From Heterodontus francisci (lineage: Eukaryota): a stretch of 64,000 bases of DNA. Position numbers and translations under genes: made by a program. The stretch is from NCBI RefSeq assembly GCF_036365525.1, contig NC_090411.1:31946432-32010431 (forward strand). The letters run 5' to 3'. Positions within the stretch are counted from its first letter, which is position 1. Each line of letters begins with the position of its first letter. Under the pieces are notes generated by a model that worked only from the letters and a program-made list of their open reading frames with translations, had not been told where the DNA came from and ran no database searches. Below are positions 1 to 16,813 of this stretch, in pieces.

Positions 1-128
1 TTTTGGGGTAAAAATAGAGTCTATGATTGACCGTATCGGTAACTGGGTAAACATTTAAATATATGTTGTGACCTGTGGGGAACTGGAACTAGAAAAAACA
101 ATGCCCTCCTCCCACCTCGGTCAGAACA
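1..128. mobile_element. Right end of solo-LTR-like element
   Basis: Matches the end of the 5023-7906 element (...cctcggtcagaaca followed by gtat). Confidence 0.65.
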
Positions 129-449
129 GTATATAGAGAGAAACTATTTTCCCTGGTGGGGCAGTCCAGGACAGGAGGTATAATCTGAAAATTAGAGCTA
201 GACCATTCAAGGGTGATGTCAGGAAGCATCTCTTCACAAAAAGGGAAGTAAAAAGCTGGAACTGTCTCCCCCAAAATGTTGAGATCAATTAAACATTTCA
301 AAACTGAGACTGTTACATTTTTGTTAGGTACGGGTATGAAACAATATGGAACCAATGCAGGCAAATGGCCTGAAGACACAAACCATGATCTAATTGAATG
401 GCGGAACAGGCTTGAGGGGCTGATTGGCCTCCTCCTGTTCCTATGTTCC
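129..449 (+). mobile_element. 3' end of old CR1 LINE abutting the G1 promoter
   Basis: Degenerate ORF2 C-terminus (LKIRARPF-GDVRKHFFT) and CR1-type tail gatctaattgaatggcggaacaggc...cctcctcctgttcctatgttcc. Confidence 0.75.
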
Positions 450-713
450 AATCACAGTATAATCATCCAAACCTGCCTGAATTCCACAGCTCTCATTGTC
501 TCTGGGTCCAACCCCACAGCCCGGCTACATTGTTAATTGGTGCCTGGATTCATGAATGATTCCTGACTGGCTACCTGGAATTGTCAATCATCATTAATGA
601 TGTCATTCCCCTGTTTGAATGCAGGCTGTCCCAGCAGTATAAATACAAGAGCTTGTGTAGGAATCAGTTAGATTGTTGTTGTTTGAACTTAGCTTCTGTT
701 CGTAGTAAAGATT
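418..713 (+). promoter_or_regulatory. Type-A ferritin promoter of G1: CCAAT boxes (423-427 inverted, 448-452), PBX/MEIS-like TGTCAATCA (582-590), CRE-like TGATGTCA (598-605), TATAAATA (638-645), Inr TCAGTT (664-669), approx. 48-nt 5'UTR
   Basis: TATA-to-Inr spacing is 28 nt. The block recurs before all type-A genes (TATA position at 8405, 19984, 29966, 40644, 47738, 54345). TSS is predicted, not mapped. Confidence 0.7.
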
Positions 714-2931
714 ATGATGGCCTCTCAAGTGTGTCAGAACTACCACAAGGACTGTGAAGATGCTGTTAACAAGCAAATCAACCTGGAGCTCTATTCCTCC
801 TATGTTTATCTTTCCATGGTGTGTATTGTTTTCTTGGGGTCCTATTTCAAAGTTAAGAATGAATTTCAATGCATTTTTGAGTAGCGAGAATTTTTCTAGG
901 CCAATCAGTTGGGTTTATAATTTATCTCTCTCGTTCCCCCGAGACTTAAATCAGTGAACACCCTTGAAATAAGGACTCTATTCCTTGCTCTATAATATTT
1001 ATGTCCAATTTTGAAAGTAACTCCGAGGTTCCATGAAGTTTCTAATAGAGGATTCATGTTGAAGATGTATAAATCTAGTCATCATTTCCAACTTGGATGG
1101 CAACAATTAAGTTCAGTAACTAGTTAGTGAAACATTGTCTGTCTTTCCCCTTTTTTTTTTGTAAATGAGTAAATTTTGTGGTGTTGAGCTCCTTCTTTGT
1201 TTTGTATGAGGAGTAATGATCTTGCATGAAGCAGTAATCTAAGTCTTTCTCTACTGAATGAAGAGAGAAAAAAACTCACTTGCATCTTCATTGGGGGGAC
1301 AAGGGATGTCCTGCTGATAATTATAGCTTGAATGATGAAATGCAACTTTGATCCAAATAGTATTCCTGCCTTCTGTAATGTCACAGGGAGGGGCATTTCA
1401 ACATATTTAGCATTTTATAGCATAAACTTCAAAAACCAAGCCCCTTAATTGAAAGCAAATTCTTCTGAGGTAAAGAATGGGTGACTTATTTACCATGATG
1501 TTGCTACCATTTTTGACTTGGCCATAAATGAGATTGGGTCTGACGCCCTGTCCTTTTCATTTTGCTTCTACCTGCAGTCCTATTACTTTGACCGGGATGA
1601 TGTTGCCCTGCGTCACTTTGCTGAGTTCTTCAAGGAGCAGTCACATGAGGAACGGGAGCACGCTGAGAAACTGATGACATTCCAGAATAAACGTGGAGGC
1701 CGAATCATCTTGGAGAACATCAAGGTTGGATTTTGAACTTGGAGTCTATGATCTAACTTGGATACTTTCAGAGAATATTCCTTATTCTAATGTCAGCTCT
1801 CCATCTGGTGAGGTTGAGTAAAATTCCAAATGTTGGTGAGTGGCTGCAGGATGAGTTGGTATGACTGATCTTTGCCTCTTCTATAGATACAAAATCAATA
1901 AATGGATATTCAGAAGGAACAATTTCTGCATCAAAAGCCATTGGCTCAAACATATGGTGCCTAACTAGGTAACAGTCTGGAGAATGTGGGCCACAGCTCT
2001 AGACTTCCTGTGGATGAAGTTGATGTTAAAAGGATGCGGAGAAAGGAACATTGGAGCATATTCGGGGTAATTGGGATTAGAGCTTTGGCCAAAAATGGCA
2101 GAGCAATGAACAGATCCTGTGTCCTGTAATGGTCTGTCAACCCAGTGGTTAAACCCCATTCCTCACAATGGTCCCTTGTAGTATTGAGGTGCACAGATTA
2201 TCTTTGTTGTTGCTAACTTTGTTGACCTTGAGCATAACATCCCTTGGACTTTGCACTCCCACTAATAGGACCACTATTCTGTTCCAGAAGCCAGAGCAGG
2301 AAGAGTGCAGCAATGGTTGGGAGGCAATGCAGAGAGCTCTGCAGATGGAAAAGGATGTGAACCAGAGACTGCTGGATCTACACAAACTCTCCACTGGCAA
2401 CACTGACCCTCATGTAAGTTCCTAACATTGCAATTATTCATGAGTTAGTGATATTGGAATCTACCCTTCACTCTACATTGGTAAAATTCTGTGTCAGTTT
2501 GTTTTTCACTTTCAGATTTTTGTTTCTGGGCCAAGAAGCCATCTATAATGTAGACCTGGATCACTAAACTGTTCCCAAGGCACTTTGTATCTGCAGCATT
2601 AAAATGTTTCTAGTGCAGTCCATTCCCCATTTATTAAAATTGATTTGCCATTTCTGGGTAATTCTGCTCTTGTCTAGTTAAATGTGCACATGTCACACTG
2701 TCCCAATTCCAAACAAGTGTAATTTCACTTCTGGAAAAGATCCTCATTAAACATCTGTTTGGCATTTTCTATTTCATGTTCTAGTTGTGTGATTTCCTGG
2801 AGACTCACTACTTGGATGAACAAGTGAAGATGATCAAGAAGCTTGGAGATCACATCACCAACCTGAAGAGACTGGGAGCTCCTGACAATGGCATGGGAGA
2901 GTACCTGTTTGACAAGCACACGTTGAGTTGA
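714..2931 (+). CDS. fth1: Ferritin heavy-chain-like gene G1, intact, 174 aa; exons 714-818, 1578-1724, 2288-2413, 2785-2931
   Basis: Spliced translation [174 protein letters not shown]. Exon sizes 105/147/126/147 nt, GT-AG, typical vertebrate ferritin gene layout. Ferroxidase residues E27, Y34, E61, E62, H65, E107, Q141 (human H numbering) are present. Exact H versus M orthology needs a tree. Confidence 0.95.
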
Positions 2932-2970
2932 TTAGCATTCTAGAGTCATTAGTTCTATAATATTGGTTGA

Positions 2971-3036
2971 AATAAAATGTGTTCCATTTCTGGTTAATAT
3001 GTAGTTTTCTCATCGCTTGCAATATGTGGAAATAAA
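2971..3036 (+). terminator. Tandem polyadenylation signals of G1 (AATAAA at 2971 and 3031)
   Basis: Two AATAAA 40 and 100 nt after the stop, followed by a T-rich tract. Both are present in G1, G3, G4, G6, G7, G10; only the distal one in G2, G5, G8, G9. Confidence 0.7.
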
Positions 3037-3329
3037 AGTATTTATCATGGACTGGTTTTTTTTCTTTTCACCTTTTGTACAGATAAGTAACTCATTTTGT
3101 TATTCAGATCAGCAAGATTGCTAGTTGTCCAATATCTGACCCCATTGAAAGTTTAGCATGCCTTTTGAGTTTTGCCCTCCTACATGCAGCTTCCATTTGT
3201 CATTGAGAAATTTGTAGGGATATTTGAACTATTCAGTTTTGCTGCAATGGTAGTTTCTGGCATTTACAAATGAGATGCCATGCAGTTGTGGAATATTAGG
3301 GAGGGGCAATGAATTAGTGGCTTTTGTTT

Positions 3330-3665
3330 TGACCCCTATTCTGATTGGAGAAAAGGAAATTGCAGAGAGATTTGATAGCAGTGTAAAGATTATGGCAGGT
3401 ACTAGGGCATACAAACTTAAAGGGTTTAGGCAAGAGATATGTGAGGAGAACTTTTTTTGGATATATAAACCAGTGGCAATAACCGTGCTGTGAATGATGG
3501 CAGTGTAGCCAATAAATGATTTCAAAAGGAAATTAGATGAGCAGTTGGAGGGGGGAAAAAAACTCACAGGTGCCAGAGCAGCAGAATGGGACTGAATGCA
3601 TTGTACTGGTCACCAAAGACTCCATGGACCGAATGGCTGCCTGTCATAAATGACTGTGACTCTAG
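3330..3665 (+). mobile_element. Old CR1 3' fragment in P-type 3' flank (paralogous copies approx. 26310-26665, 37410-37755, 44070-44430, 61560-61905)
   Basis: ggagaaaagg..gagagatttgatag..ttcaaaaggaaattagatgag..atggaccgaatggc..cctgt resembles a CR1 ORF2 end and 3'UTR. Confidence 0.55.
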
Positions 3666-5771
3666 TCATTGTAAAGCATTCACCATCTTAATTTGCCTTG
3701 TGATCAGGTTGTCATTTGTTCAACTACTACTTACACTCATGTTCACCAATGTCCTGGATGAGTAAATGAAGAAATACTTGGCTCAGGTCATCACAACACT
3801 GTATTTCAGGTAAAATCTTCCCTCGCTATCAACTCTCAATAGAGGTCTTCTTTGTAGAAGCAACAATACAGGACTTTACAACTCTTAAATTCCATGGGGC
3901 TAGACCTCCATGTTGCACTGAGACGGAGCAAAAGAGTTCTGTTTGAAGCTCTCCACTTTTCATTTCCCCCAACATGTCGGTTGCTTTGCAGATTCACTGT
4001 ACAATGTCTTGGGCTGGCCAATCTCTTTCGATCTATTATGGTCAGCACTAGTATCACAGATTCATTCTAGACCCATCAAGCGCAGTGTCAATTCTCCAAG
4101 AGATGGATCCAATTGTGCTCAACACAAAATGAATTTCCATTCACAGACTCCTGTGATTATGTTGACAAGCTCTGAATCTGAGAACAGATTCACTTTGAGG
4201 AAAACTCAAAGAAGCCAACATCAAATACATCATTGACAAGATTCTACTGAAGCGATTAGGAAAAACGGAAGTACATGGAATTGCAGGAAACCTTTAGACA
4301 TGGTTGTGGAGTTGGTTGGGAGGTCGGAAAGAGAGAGTAGAGATAATGGGTATGAACTCCAATTGGCAGGATGTAACTAGTCATCTCACCCAGGGGTCTG
4401 TACCAGGGCCTCGGTTTTTCATTACATTTATAAATGACATGAAGGAATCGAGAGCCATATATCCAAGTTTGTTAATGACACTAAGTTAGGTGTTACAGTA
4501 GGTAGAGTAAATTTGAGCAGAAAATTGAAAAGCGACATTGATAGACTAAGTGAGTAGCCAAAACTGTGATAGATCAATTTCAATGTGAGATAGAGCGAGA
4601 ACAGAGAGAGATAAATCAGAGTATTTTCTAAATGGTGAGGAGCTAGGAACTGTGGAGGAGCAGAGAGAGTTAGGGGTCTGTGTACAGAAATTACTAAAAG
4701 CTAGTGGAATGGTATATAAATGAATTTAAAAAGTCTCATACACTTATAGTCTTCATCTCAAGGGTCTGGAATACAAAGGGGTGGAGGTTATGCTTTATTT
4801 GTATAAAGCTCTGGTTAGATCACATCTGGAGTATTGTGTTCAGCTTTGATATATTGACCTTGGTGGGAGTGCAGCACAGATTCACCAGAATGATACCAGG
4901 GATAAAAGGGTTAAATTACGAGGACAGTTTGCATTAACGACTCTTGTATTATACAAGTATAGAAGAGTAAAGAATTATTATAATTGATGTGTTTAACATG
5001 AGTACTAGATTTGATCAGGTGTTGTTATAACGGTGTTGCTACTTTCTTGTTGGTCTTTTTTGGCAGACTCATATTTTAGATTTATGGCCATTGTTTTATT
5101 TTGGGAAAACTGAAAAGGATTCCATGGATTTTCTTTTCACTGGGGTCATTGAAAGGGCACTGAGAGGATTTGTGGTGAACAACCCTCACTGGCAGTCTCC
5201 TGTCTTCAGATAAATATCCCAGCAGGGGCTTTTTGACTTGGAGAAGATGTTTACAGAGAAGTGACAGGTTAAGATTTATAGGGGTCAGGAGACTTGACTC
5301 TTGAGATATTCTTTTTGATTTTGCTTTGAACAGTGTGTTGGAGTGTGAACTGTTTTGAAGACAATTGGAGAAAACCAGCCAAGAGAGCAGTCACCATCAG
5401 CATCCTCTTCCATCTTTTTGAGAACTTCCTGTGAATTAAGTGTAAGAAATAGAGAAACTGATGCTGCATGTCTCCTGAAAAGGCTGCCAGAAACCCTGAC
5501 GGTGCATCCCATCTGGAAAACCAGCCAAACTGATCTTCAACGTCGCCTGAAAGAACTATTCTAGAAAGATCCCAGTGCCAGCTGTCTACACATATTTGGG
5601 ACGCCAAACCAAAAAAGGGACAACTGACATCTTTCCATATCTTCTCTTTTTTCTTCAAGAATTAACAAGTATTTGGCTAAAGTATTCTTTTTGTCTTTTT
5701 TTGTAACGGAGCTCTAAAAAGAAAATCTCTTTTTCTGGTTATCCAGTGTGTGTATATGTTTCAGTGTGAGG

Positions 5772-7655
5772 TAAAGGCCTGCTACCCGACCCTAACACGA
5801 CAGGACCCGACAACATGTTGGGTACAGTCGGGTTAGGTCGCTCTTTTGTGTCCGGCTTTCGGGCACTTTGGGCAAGAAGTGTTCAAAGTAAAAAACCTAC
5901 CTGAGCTGGGGGTCCGGGACGTCTGTGTCTGATGAGTCAGTACTCCACCATGTTGAACACCACTTGGAGGAAGCACTGAGGGTGGCAAGAGCACAAAATG
6001 TATTCTGGGTGGGGGTCTTCAATGTCCATCACCAACAGTGGGCCATCAGCAGCAGCAGAATTGTACTCAACCACAATCTGTAACCTCATGGCCTGGCATA
6101 TCCCCCACTCTACCAATAGCAATAACCTGCTCAGTGACGCTCAGTTTGGGTTTCGCCAGGGCCACTCAGCTCCTGACCTCATTACAGCCTTGGTTCAAAC
6201 ATGGACAAAAGAGCTGAACTCAAGAGGTGAGGTGAGAGTGACTGCCCTTGACATCAAGGCAGCATTTGACCGAGTATGGCATCAAGGAGCCCTAGCAAAA
6301 CTGAGGTCAATGGGAATCAGGGGGAAAACCCTCCGCAGGCTGGAGTCATACCTAGCGCAAAGGAAGATGGTTGTGGTTGTTGGCGGTCAATCATCTGAGC
6401 TCCAGGACATCACTGCAGGAGTTCTTCAGGGTAGTGTCCTAGGCCCAACCATCTTCAGCTGCTTCATCAATGACCTTCCTTCAATCATAAGGTCAGAAGT
6501 GGGGATGTTCGCTGATGATTGCACAATGTTCAGCACCATTCGTGACTCCTCAGATACTGAAGCAGTCCGTGTAGAAATGCAGCAAGACCTGGACAATATC
6601 CAGGCTTGGCTGATAAGTGGCAAGTAACATTCGCGCCACACAAATGCCAGGCAATGACCATCTCAAACAAGAGAGAATCTAACCATCTCCCCTTGACATT
6701 CAACGGCATTACCATCGCTGAATCCCCCACTATCAACATCCTAAGGGTTACCATTGACCAGAAACTAAACTGGAGTAGCCATATAAATACCGTGGCTACA
6801 AGAGCAGGTCAGAGGCTAGGAATCCTGAGGCGAGTAACTCACCTCCTGACTCCCCAAAGCCTGTCCACCATCTACAAGGCACAAGTCAGGAGTGTGATGG
6901 AATTTTCTCCATTGCCTGGATGGGTGCAGCTCCAACAACACTCAAGAAGCCCGACACCATCTAGGACAAAGCAGCCCGCTTGATTGGCACCCCATCTACA
7001 AACATTCACTCCCTCCACCACCGACGCACAGTGGCAGCAGTGTGTACCATCTACAAGATGCACTGCAGCAATGCACCAAGGCTCCTTAGACAGCACCTTC
7101 CAAACCCGCGACCTCTACCAACTAGAAGGACAAGGGCAGCAAATGCATGGGAACACCACCACCTGCAAGTTCCCCTCCAAGTCACACACCATCCTGACTT
7201 GGAACTATATCACTGTTCCTTTACTGTTGTTGGATCAAAATCCTGGAACTCCCTTTCTAACAGCACTGTGGGTATACCTACCCCAAATGGACTGCAACGG
7301 TTCAAGAAGGCAGCTCACCAGCACCTTCTCAAGGGCAATTAGGGATGGGCAATAAAAGCTGGCCTAGCCAGTGACGCCCACATCCTTGAATGAATTTTTA
7401 AAAAGTCTGCACAGTGAGCGAGTGAGCTTCCCTATGACGTCATCATGCTCAACCTGCAGCTTCCTGCAGATTGGGAGTCGCAAGGTAGGTAAAAGGAACA
7501 TTCCGGTAGTCAGGTTGGCTTCGGGTCGGGTCAGGCTCGGGTCAGGTCGGGCGTGGGAAGAAAATGGAGGGACTCGGGCCGGATCAGGCTCGGGTCCGAT
7601 CTGGTTCTGTTGGGTTCGCATTGGGATATTTTTTCATGACCTAAGCAGGCCTTTA
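5772..7655. mobile_element. Non-autonomous hAT-type MITE (434 bp when uninterrupted)
   Basis: 12-bp TIR TAAAGGCCTGCT...AGCAGGCCTTTA, 8-bp TSD GTGTGAGG (5764-5771 and 7656-7663), subterminal CCCGA/TCGGG repeats. Empty site with a single GTGTGAGG at approx. 39883. Confidence 0.85.
5924..7403 (+). mobile_element. Younger CR1/L2-group LINE fragment (internally deleted) inserted in the MITE
   Basis: RT motifs QFGFRQGHSA, ALDIKAAFDRVWH, GVLQGSVLGP, MFADD; few frameshifts; 3' tail ..gacgcccacatccttgaatgaa. Absent from the other MITE copies. Confidence 0.9.
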
Positions 7656-8477
7656 GTGTGAGGGGCTAAGATAAAAGGGAACTTTCATATTTCAATCTGT
7701 GTGTTACTGGTTAAGTCTGTTTTTATAATAAACTGATAATTCTATTGTTTATTAAAGAAACCTGGTTGGTGCACTTTATTTTGAGATAAAAATAGAGTCT
7801 ATGATTGACCGAATCGGTAACTGGGTAAACATTTAAATATATGTTGTGACCTGTGGAGAAGTGGAACTAGAAAAAACAATGCACTCCTCCCACCTCGGTC
7901 AGAACAGTATATAGAGAGAAACAATTTTCTCAGTCCAGGATAGGGGGTATCATCTTAAAATTAGAGCTAGACCATTCAGGGGTGATGTCAGGAAGCATTT
8001 CTTACAAAAGGGGAAATGGAAATCTGGAATTCTCTCCCCCAAAATATTGACATCAATTAAACATTTCAAAACTGAGACTGTTAGATTTTTGTTCGGTACA
8101 GGTATGAAGCAATATGGATCCAATGCAGGCAAAATGCATTAAGAGACAAACCATGATCTCATTGAATGGTGGAACAGGCTTGAGGGGCTGATTGGCCTCC
8201 TCCTGTTCCTATGTTCCAATCACAGTATCATCATCCAAACCTGCCTGAATTCCACAGCTCTCATTGTCTCTGGGTCCACCCCCACAGCCCGTCTACATTG
8301 TTAATTGGTGCCTGGATTCATGAGCGATTCCTGACTGGCTACCTGGAATTGTCAATCATCATTAATGATGTCATTCCCTGTTTGAATGCAGGCTGTCCCA
8401 GCAGCATAAATACAAGAGCTTGGGTAGGAAGCAGTTATATTGTTGTTTGAATTTAGCTTCTGTTCATAGTGAAGATT

Positions 8478-10691
<2,214 letters not shown>

Positions 10692-12564
10692 TTGGGGTTC
10701 TACAACTATTAATTCTGTACTCGCTGAATGCTTTTTGATTGCCAGTTTTCTCATTCCTTGCTGTATATGGAAATAAAAGTATTCATCATGGAGCTGATCT
10801 TTGTATTATTCAGTAGCTGATTTGATTATTCAGATCATTATGCCTAGTTATATAATGATTCCATTTAAACCTTTTCCCTCTCCCAAGCCAGCCTCCCAAC
10901 CTTGGTTCAATGCCTGCTGAGGATAACTTACTCACATCTCCCAATTTGCATTGAGAAGCTTGTGGAGGGTATCTGAAATATGCAGTTTCTGCTACAGAAG
11001 TGTTCTTGCTGCTGTAGATGAAATATTATGAACTTGTGGAATATTGGGAAAGGATACCCAATTAGTACTTGCATGTGACCTTTTTGTCCACTTATTATAG
11101 TCTAGAATTAACCATCTTAATCTACCATTTGTTTAATATCTCTACCCTTATTCACCAAATGGGTATGTTTACCAATGTCCAGCTTGAGTACAGGGAGATG
11201 CGTGGGTCAGGTAGTAAGAGACCCCTACGAATTGAGATCCTAAATCTTCCCTCAAAATAGACTTGCACTTTGTAGCAAGTGCACTGTGACTTTACAGGTC
11301 TTAAATTCCATGGGGATTATGCTCCAGCTCTACAGCATGATGCAGAGCAACAATGTTCACTTTAAAGCTTCTCCATATTCTATTTCCCTAATTTGTTGGT
11401 TGGGTTGTAGAATCAGTGTGGCTCACTTTCCATCTTTTGTGGTCAAGGGTGGTATCCCTGATGTGGTCTAGACCCACCTGGGGTAACATCAATTTTCCAA
11501 GCCATCTTAATTTGGATTGAATTATGCAAAATGGGATTTCCATTAACAAACTCATACAATTACACTATGAATTGCTGATTCTGAACAGATTCAGTTTGAG
11601 GAAAGCCAACACCAAATACATCATGGACAAGGTTCAACACAAGAGATAAGGAAAAATGGAAGCCTGTGCAATTGGAGGAAATTTTCAAATATGGGTGGAG
11701 ATTTGGTTCTGAAATAGGAGAGAGTAGGAATAATGGATATGTACTCCAAACTATGGCTCGTCATCCTTTCCTGGGATCTATACTGGGGCCTCAGCATTTT
11801 GTTATATTTTTATCTGATATCAATAAAGGAATAGAGTGCAGTATATGCAAATTTGTTGATGCCACTATGTTGGGTAGCGCAGTTAGTAGTGTAAATTGGA
11901 GCAGAAATTTGCAAAGGGACATTGATAGATTAAGTGAAATTAAGCAAAAAAGTTATGAATGATGGAGTTTAATGTGAAGACAAGGTTCCAAGTACAGAAA
12001 TTAATAAGAACTAGTGGACAGATACAAAAAAAACTGAAGAAACAAAATCAATGTTCGTCTCTCTAGAGGTCTGAAAATCAAAGTGGTGGAGGTTATGTTA
12101 CAGTTGTATAAAGCTTGGGGTTAACCACATCTGAAGTACTGTGTTCATTCAGTTCTATTGGCCTTGGGGGCACAGCACTGATTCACCAGAATGATACCAG
12201 GGCTAAATGACTTAAATTATAAGGTCACTTTGCACAGTCTGTATTCCCTGGAGTATTGAAGATTAAGGGATGATTATAATTGAGGTGTTGAAGATAATTA
12301 ATGGGTTTAATAATGTAGATAGAAACTATTTCCTCTGGAACAGATTCAGATTAGGCAATTCAGGGATGATATTAGGAAGCATTTCTTCACAACAAGGAAT
12401 ATTGAAATCTGGAACTCTCTTCCCCAAAATGGATCAAGTCAACATTTCAAAATTGATGTTGTTAGGTTTTTGTGAGTTAAGATCATGAAATCATATTGAA
12501 CCAAGGCAGGTAAATGGCATTAAGACACAGAGCAGCCATGATCTAATTGAATGGTGGAACAGAC

Positions 12565-16813
<4,249 letters not shown>

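Larger units (their letters stand above)
5023..7906. mobile_element. Solo-LTR-like element (about 1.0 kb when empty) carrying a nested hAT MITE and LINE
   Basis: Ends TGTT...AACA with a 4-bp flanking duplication gtgt/gtat (gtat on the left in the 39140 copy). Absent from the spacers before type-B genes, where CR1 reads through (gtagatagagagaaac). Confidence 0.7.
3870..8217 (+). mobile_element. Old degenerate CR1 LINE (RT region to 3' tail), interrupted by the LTR at 5023-7906
   Basis: Fragments WLGGRKERVEIMGMNSNWQDVTS..QGSVPGP..FITFIND and VQHRFTRMIPGIKGLNYED; resumes at gtatatagagagaaa. Confidence 0.8.

Noticed and set aside
625-655. CAGTAT next to the TATA box as a variant IRE loop
   Set aside because: Upstream of the predicted TSS, no 5-bp stem with a C bulge, and not conserved (cagcat, cagtac, ttgcat in other copies).
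2225-2275. Conserved intron-2 block as an H/ACA snoRNA (ATAACA then ACA)
   Set aside because: Only about 27 nt between the boxes, no convincing double hairpin, the ACA is altered in G1 and G5, and it overlaps the branch point.
2149-2919. Recurrent minus-strand ORFs over exons 3 and 4 ([11 protein letters not shown]..., [12 protein letters not shown]...)
   Set aside because: Antisense shadows of the conserved ferritin exons; no independent gene structure.
5269-5658. Repeated 70-130 aa ORFs in spacers (IGENQPREQSPSASSS..., FQSQYHHPNLPEF...)
   Set aside because: They lie in the solo LTR or promoter; starts, stops and frames differ among copies; recurrence is explained by duplication.
5998-7355. 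Reverse-transcriptase ORFs as a retron, DGR or other novel RT system next to repeats
   Set aside because: Context is eukaryotic; these are truncated, frameshifted CR1/RTE LINE fragments with ordinary 3' tails.
7500-7620. Short TCGGG repeats as a CRISPR-like array or CpG-island promoter
   Set aside because: Subterminal repeats of the hAT MITE bounded by TIRs and an 8-bp TSD; no repeat-spacer periodicity.
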